From the NCBI GenBank assembly GCA_036677555.1, contig JAVBWG010000008.1, forward strand, positions 77,673 through 141,672: a stretch of 64,000 nucleotides of DNA. The letters run 5' to 3'. The position numbers were made by a program, and so were the translations under genes. Positions 60,770-64,000 of the stretch are shown one piece after another (positions within the stretch are counted from its first letter, which is position 1; each line of letters opens with the position of its first letter). The DNA comes from Methanomassiliicoccales archaeon (GTDB taxonomy: Archaea > Thermoplasmatota > Thermoplasmata > Methanomassiliicoccales > UBA472). Below the pieces are notes generated by a model. It saw nothing but the letters and a program-made list of their open reading frames with translations. It did not search any database and was not told where the DNA came from.

Positions 60770-62767
60770 ATGTCAAACGAAAATAAAGATAGAACTCTAG
60801 AAAAGGATGAACGGGGCTGCAGTTGCGAGGCTGAGGAAGAGGAGGGGTGCGGGTGCCATGGGTGCGACGAAGAGGTCGAGATGGAACAGGCGCTCAATCT
60901 GAAATGGTACCAATTCCCACCAATACGCAATGCCCTTGTCGCTGCCATCCTCACCAGCATTATCTTCTCCTGCTCATACCTTGCCATCATACCTGATTAT
61001 GTCAGTATTCCAGCTTACTTTGTGGCCATTGCATTGGGGGGATTCTTCTGGATCAAGGAAGGTTTGACAGAGTTATTTTACGAGAAGAGGGTCGGGATAA
61101 GCATTCTAATGCTTGTGGCGATGGCCGGAACCGGGGTGCTAGGGCTTTGGGAAGAAGCAGCCTTCCTAGCCTTCCTATATGGAGCAGCGGAAGGAGTGGA
61201 AGAGTACACCTATGCTCGGACCCGGGGGTCCATACGTGCGTTGATGGATTTGGTTCCCAAGGAGGCCACGGTCCTCAGGGATGGTAATGAGGTCAAGGTC
61301 CAGGCCGCGGAGATTCAGATCGACGATATATTTCTCGTGAAGCCTGGTGAAACGATTTCCACGGACGGGACCATAGTCAAGGGTGCGTCCAGTATCAATG
61401 AAGCTTCCGTGACAGGCGAATCGATTCCGGTGTCCAAGAAGGAAAGTATGAAGGTCTATGCCGGTACCATGAACCTGGACGGCTCATTGGAAGTTCGGGC
61501 CACTTCCACTTTCGAGGACAACACAATCTCCAAGATAATCCACATGGTGGAAGAGGCACAGGAACAAAAAGGCAGAACACAACAGTTCATCGAACGATTT
61601 GGTGATCGATACTCACCTATTATCCTCACTGGTGGTCTCATACTTATGATCGTTCCTTATCTGCTTAGTTGGGATACATCATTCTGGTTCGAGAGGGCCA
61701 TTGTATTCTTAATCGCCGCAGCTCCTTGTGCATTAGTCATGTCAACCCCTGTGGCTATTGCTGCCGGGATAGGGCGTTCAGGTAGGAAGGGCGTTCTGAT
61801 CAAAGGTGGAATCCACTTGGAGAACTTGGGAAAGGTTGCTGCGGTAGCCTTCGATAAAACCGGAACTCTGACAAGGGGCAAGCCTTTCGTGACCGATATT
61901 GTCACACTTAACGGAACACAGGATGAGGTTCTTAGCATGGCTTGTGCTGTAGAGAAGTGCTCAGAGCACCCCCTTGCCAACGCGATAGTGGAAAGGGCAA
62001 CAGAAGCGGAAATCGAGACGCTCCCGAACTCTGGATTTCAGGCTCTGGTAGGGCTAGGAGCGAAAGCGACAGTGGACGGCCGGGAAATATTTGTCGGAAG
62101 TCCGGAGATGTTCGACGGCCGAACAAACCTCGTTGACGGGCTGAAGGAAGCAAATAGATTGTGGCTGGAGGGGAAGACGGTCGTATTCGTCGGAACTAAA
62201 GACAATATTATGGGCGTAATTGCTCTTAGGGATCAGATAAGGCCAGAATCCAAGAAGATGGTTGCCGAGCTTCATTCCATGGGAATGGAGGTCGTGATGT
62301 TGACCGGAGACAATGAGGTGACAGCACTTTCCGTGGCCAAGAACCTGGGCATCGACAACGTTCGAGCGAATCTCAAGCCGGAGGACAAGATCGTCGCTAT
62401 CCAGGAGCTTAAGTCCAAATATGGTACGGTTGCCATGGTGGGCGATGGGATAAATGATGCTCCGGCGCTAGCCGAATCGAGCGTGGGCATAGCTATGGGA
62501 GTGGCCGGAACAGATGCTGCCATCGAGGCGGCGGACGTAGCACTGATGGCGGATGACCTACACAAGTTGCATTATGCGCTACGCATCGGTAAAAAGGCCA
62601 ATGTCATCAGCAAACAAAATATCGTGTTCTCTCTGATAGTCCTGGCGGTCTTGATACCGTCGGCCTTGTTCGGGGTACTGACAATTGCACTCGCCGTGGT
62701 ATTCCACGAAGCCTCAGAATTGATTGCTGTCGGAAATGGACTTCGGGTGAGGAGTGAGAATGGATAA
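60770..62767 (+). CDS. Heavy-metal P1B-type ATPase (P1B-4-like)
   Basis: TGES, AAPCALVMSTP, DKTGT, SEHP, TGDN, GDGINDAP and final TM HEAS; short Cys/Glu-rich N-terminus. ATG 60770 preferred. Confidence 0.93.
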   Translation: MSNENKDRTLEKDERGCSCEAEEEEGCGCHGCDEEVEMEQALNLKWYQFPPIRNALVAAILTSIIFSCSYLAIIPDYVSIPAYFVAIALGGFFWIKEGLTELFYEKRVGISILMLVAMAGTGVLGLWEEAAFLAFLYGAAEGVEEYTYARTRGSIRALMDLVPKEATVLRDGNEVKVQAAEIQIDDIFLVKPGETISTDGTIVKGASSINEASVTGESIPVSKKESMKVYAGTMNLDGSLEVRATSTFEDNTISKIIHMVEEAQEQKGRTQQFIERFGDRYSPIILTGGLILMIVPYLLSWDTSFWFERAIVFLIAAAPCALVMSTPVAIAAGIGRSGRKGVLIKGGIHLENLGKVAAVAFDKTGTLTRGKPFVTDIVTLNGTQDEVLSMACAVEKCSEHPLANAIVERATEAEIETLPNSGFQALVGLGAKATVDGREIFVGSPEMFDGRTNLVDGLKEANRLWLEGKTVVFVGTKDNIMGVIALRDQIRPESKKMVAELHSMGMEVVMLTGDNEVTALSVAKNLGIDNVRANLKPEDKIVAIQELKSKYGTVAMVGDGINDAPALAESSVGIAMGVAGTDAAIEAADVALMADDLHKLHYALRIGKKANVISKQNIVFSLIVLAVLIPSALFGVLTIALAVVFHEASELIAVGNGLRVRSENG

Positions 62768-63440
62768 TTCCCATGATTCGGAACGAGGCAAACTCACAAA
62801 GCGGAACGGGCTTGGGATAGCAGCCGTTACAGTTACCGCCTCGGGCTTGGTCCTAGTCGCCATCGGATTCCTGACCCCTCAAACCATCGACTCCTCGAAC
62901 GGTCAGGTGATGGCATACACGACGCTGAATATGCTCCTCGCCTTAGGAGGAGGGCTCTTATTTGCTACCGGAGCCTACGCGTTAATCGGGAAGGGGGAAG
63001 AGCGCCGATCGGCAGAGACCTCGTTGCATGACGCCCAAGCTGAAACTATGCCTGAAGTTACGACTGTCCTCGCCACTGATGTGCAGGCCGGATCTAGTCT
63101 CTCCCTTGAGGAAGAGCCGGAGGGTGGCGCGGACTCCACCTTGGCCGTAGCGCCCGAACCGGGAATGGATGAGATGCCGGAGGGGAGACCCTTAGGTAAA
63201 GAGATCGAGGTGAAGCAGAACGCCCATCTAGTTCTCCGGCTACTGTCGGGAGACGATAGGACTGTGTTTCGGACGATAATGGAGGCTGGAGGGGAAATCT
63301 ACCAAAAGGATATTGTCAACATGACCAAGATGTCCGACGCGAAGGTCTCACGCACTCTCGACCGCCTCGAGGAGAAAGGTGTCATCGTGAAAGAGAGGCA
63401 CGGGATGTCAAACAAGGTGCGCATCGAGGTGGAGAGGTGA
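62754..63440 (+). CDS. Membrane-anchored winged-helix regulator (COG2512-like)
   Basis: Two N-terminal TM helices, acidic linker, C-terminal GGEIYQKDIVNMTKMSDAKVSRTLDRLEEKGVIVKERHGMSNKV. Confidence 0.85.
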   Translation: MRMDNSHDSERGKLTKRNGLGIAAVTVTASGLVLVAIGFLTPQTIDSSNGQVMAYTTLNMLLALGGGLLFATGAYALIGKGEERRSAETSLHDAQAETMPEVTTVLATDVQAGSSLSLEEEPEGGADSTLAVAPEPGMDEMPEGRPLGKEIEVKQNAHLVLRLLSGDDRTVFRTIMEAGGEIYQKDIVNMTKMSDAKVSRTLDRLEEKGVIVKERHGMSNKVRIEVER

Positions 63441-63449
63441 GTCAGAGTG

Positions 63450-63477
63450 ACCTTTTGCACCTTTTGCAGTACTTGCA
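63450..63477 (+). repeat. Three 9-bp-period direct repeats (TTGCA core)
   Basis: ACCTTTTGC ACCTTTTGC AGTACTTGC A, with TTGCA at 63455, 63464 and 63473. Confidence 0.6.
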
Positions 63478-63608
63478 TTTGGGAAAATTCAAAACCTTTT
63501 TCAACAATGACATATACAACTCTATGGTTCCCCGATGCCGTGATGAGCGGCATCTAAATCGTTTCCATTTCGATTATTACTTACCATTGATCTTAGGAGA
63601 TTGAAAAC

Positions 63609-63905
63609 ATGAAGAAGATAGCTCGGCTCGCCCTGCTGTTCAGCGGGTTACTGATATTTACTACTGCCATCGCCGTGTTCGCCTCGGGAATGCCCATCGA
63701 CACGGTCAAGACGATATCTCTTGAACCACAAATCATAGGGATGCCGGCCGATAACGACGCAAGCAACGACGGGACGAACACCGTGAGCCAGAACCCCGTG
63801 CAGTCTACGGATACCACCAACACGCCTAGCACCAACAACGACAACGTTGACTCTTGGATGGACGGATGGTCCTGGTCGGTCTGCCCCGATGAGTTCAACG
63901 CGTGA
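63609..63905 (+). CDS. Small secreted low-complexity protein
   Basis: SD AGGAGA, MKKIARLALL signal peptide, Asn/Thr/Asp-rich body, Trp/Cys-containing tail. Confidence 0.65.
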   Translation: MKKIARLALLFSGLLIFTTAIAVFASGMPIDTVKTISLEPQIIGMPADNDASNDGTNTVSQNPVQSTDTTNTPSTNNDNVDSWMDGWSWSVCPDEFNA

Positions 63906-64000
63906 GGGTTCGAGGGGCGCAAAATAGTGTAAACTTGTTGGCAACTGCTCGAAGGCCATCACCATCGCCCTAGGGCTCCATTTCCTGAACTAGTAGCTTC

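Larger units (their letters stand above)
56434..64000. mobile_element. Probable tRNA-targeting genomic island(s), at least two modules; no integrase visible in the window
   Basis: Att-like repeats at 56434 and 60194, visibly lower GC and relaxed third-position bias, long AT-rich spacers, accessory cargo genes. Confidence 0.55.

Noticed and set aside
60676-60990. 228-aa version of the HxlR ORF overlapping the ATPase gene head-to-head
   Set aside because: The upstream part is the antisense of the ATPase N-terminus; the HxlR domain starts near GTG 60675.
63540-63595. GTGATGA as box C of a C/D guide RNA (also AATGATGA at 47972)
   Set aside because: No properly placed CTGA box D and no terminal stem.

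Overview
GC-rich archaeal chromosome segment. Unsplit RpoB, an N-terminally extended RpoA'', GatDE, a giant AglB, ThyX and HypB point to Thermoplasmatota, most likely Methanomassiliicoccales (inference from gene content). Positions 1-55.6 kb are mostly core genes: priL, ef1b, the rpoH-B-A'-A''-rpl30e-nusA operon, pyrF, aglB, purD, hypB, gatDE, pcm, thyX, rps17e, rqcH/NEMF, three tRNAs, two beta-helix surface proteins, a RavA/ViaA pair and an agmatine deiminase pair. From about 56.4 kb the window is a lower-GC accessory region of at least two modules, each starting with a copy of a tRNA-3'-end-like core. The strongest observation is a tRNA-Lys(UUU) gene (2916-3049) interrupted by two 30-nt introns in the D-loop (20/21) and T-loop (59/60), each with a relaxed bulge-helix-bulge motif, and with no canonical anticodon-loop intron. 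Other leads are tandem att-like repeats with homologous arms, a RavA ATPase carrying a C2H2-type zinc finger, a 2161-aa AglB, a mosaic 2600-aa adhesin, and two one-component regulatory modules with visible candidate operators. All family calls come from motif recognition by eye; no database searches were run.
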